From NCBI GenBank assembly GCA_050575255.1, contig JBNZDD010013577.1, forward strand, positions 1,155,696 to 1,219,695: DNA of 64,000 nucleotides, in the 5' to 3' direction. Origin of the DNA: Harriotta raleighana (lineage: Eukaryota). The translations under genes and the position numbers were made by a program. Shown in pieces: positions 62,236-64,000 of the stretch. Numbering within the stretch: the first letter of the stretch is position 1; every line of letters starts with the position of its first letter. The notes below the pieces were generated by a model. That model was not told the DNA's origin. It did no database searches and saw only the letters and a program-made list of their open reading frames with translations.

Positions 62236-63611
62236 ATAATAGTATAATAAGCACTACAGTAAGCACTATAAAGCCACACTGTGTATATGCTCCTCCAGGG
62301 TCCGCTTGTCTTGATTACATTACTTTTCTGCTCATATCCCACTAAACTGAACACATGCTCTTCTCACGTGGTCCAAGTGGTCATGTCACTCTGACGGCTT
62401 GTAAAGCAAGGAATGTTTGCCTGGATATAATTTAATTGCCTGAACATCTTGTCTCCACTGCCTGCTCTGCCCGATGGCATTGCTGCAATTCCAGGGTAAA
62501 ATCAAGATGCTTATGTAAGCAAAACGCGTTTGATGGAAGGAAACGACAGGAACAGGGCAGCGCAATAATTGGCTCTTCAAAAACCTGTTGACATCTGTGT
62601 CATGTTTATGTGCTGTGTTTAACAGGGAAATGAAAGAGCCTTAAAGAGTTGGCAGTCTAAACACGTTTAGTTTTCTTTAACAAACTAAATTATTATTTTC
62701 TTTGAAAAAATATTGCAATTAATCAACTAAGTCATTGTTAAGGAATGGAAATACATGTAAGTTTAAGTGATGAAGAATGGAAAATGTTCTTTAATTTATT
62801 ATTGTTATTGTTTCTGGATTGGCCAAAGTACCAGGTAACCAGCAACAAGGGCTTGTCTGTATGTTACTTGTCAATTTCTTATTGATCATTTTTCCTCCTG
62901 AGGTATTTGACTCTTTCCTTCCTTCTTTCCTTGGATACTTTGTGACCATTATTCCTGTGCGTGCATTGACAGTGAATGTCATGCTGTTGAGAGTTGTCCT
63001 CACCCAATACCCAGCTGCATTTGTGTGTGTGTGTGTGGAGGGGCGGTGGGGATAGGCATCTTGGCTTTTTGGCTCCCTTAACACAAGCCAACAGAAGTGC
63101 CCCTTAAGTCATTCTTTGAGAGACCCAATAACATAGCACAAACCTGGGATGGAGCCTCGATCTTCCTGATCCGTATGACTCATGACAAAATAACCCCACT
63201 GAGTCTACATGGAAGCAATGGGCTTGTCTGCATTGTTCTGACACTGAAACTATATCATTCCTCTTCATATTTTGCCTACAAATTACACCGTAACTGCAGC
63301 TTGCAGAAAATCCTGTGTTGTGCTTTTAAAACATCCTCCTGATGTCTATATCAACAATATTAAATGCAAGGATGCAATTATTTATTACTAGCTGTACCTG
63401 TCGCAGCTACATTTGCAACCAAAGGATTCAATATGAAATGTAGATTGACACACAGACATTTCACCTTTAACTATACTCATCCGGGAGGATTTCTGTGTAG
63501 GGGACTTCCTTTGGGGGTTACTCAGGGGACGACACAGAGTAACCTAGCTTTGTCTGAGTTCTTTATTTTGTTCCCGCCGCTTAGCTACGTGTGTGCTCTG
63601 TAACATAGGAT

Positions 63612-63698
63612 GCCACCAGGTGTAACTGCAGTGTGTGCGAACATATGTAGATACTTTGTGACGATCGATCCCTCTGGCAGCCACCAGGTGTAACTGCA
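63612..63698. repeat. Exact 19-bp direct repeat with 49-bp spacer
   Basis: gccaccaggtgtaactgca at 63612-63630 and 63680-63698. Confidence 0.85.
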
Positions 63699-63904
63699 TG
63701 AAAAATAACGCAAAACTGAAAATAATTCAGGAACGATAGGAGAAACCCATAAACAAATATGCCCATGTCATTTGCAGGTGCGAGACATTTCCAATGAGGT
63801 ATAAATGATGTCTCTACGTCAATCGGTTATTCAGATCCTTCTTGAAGTGCATCATGGGTGCAACACAGAGAGAAATATTAATAGCGCTTCCTGTGCATAG
63901 ACTA

Positions 63905-64000
63905 GTAGCTCAGTATTTGGAAGACTCGCCTTACAAGCGTGAGACCTATGTTCGAATCTAGGCAGGTTAGGGCAAAACCTTGGGCTAATTTCCTTACTTG
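63905..64000 (+). mobile_element. Family A SINE head, cut by window end
   Basis: gtagctcagt...ctcgccttacaagcgtgagacctatgttcgaatc...ccttgggc. Confidence 0.88.

Noticed and set aside
62149-63698. CRISPR-like repeat-spacer arrays or V(D)J recombination signals
   Set aside because: Only 2-3 units, vertebrate context, no cas genes; no CACAGTG heptamer with a correctly spaced nonamer.

Overview
Eukaryotic, repeat-rich, essentially non-coding vertebrate DNA. The repeat set (tRNA-headed Deu-domain SINEs with L2-type tails, L2 and CR1 LINE fragments, shark-type Penelope-like terminal remnants) points to a cartilaginous fish, possibly a chimaera; this is an inference. No host gene could be recognised. 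The only ORFs with identifiable homology are decayed CR1/L2 reverse transcriptases and a Harbinger transposase fossil, plus one low-confidence pair of phase-compatible exons near 60-61.5 kb. Four tandem duplications sit directly on N gaps and are almost certainly assembly artefacts. The most unusual signals are (i) three LINE copies that each contain an inverted copy of nearby genomic sequence, (ii) two SINE copies 17 kb apart that share a ~200 bp 5' extension but diverge at the SINE tail, and (iii) decayed hammerhead-like Penelope remnants. Several repeat-free, motif-dense blocks look like conserved enhancers. Boundaries of old repeats were read by eye and are approximate.
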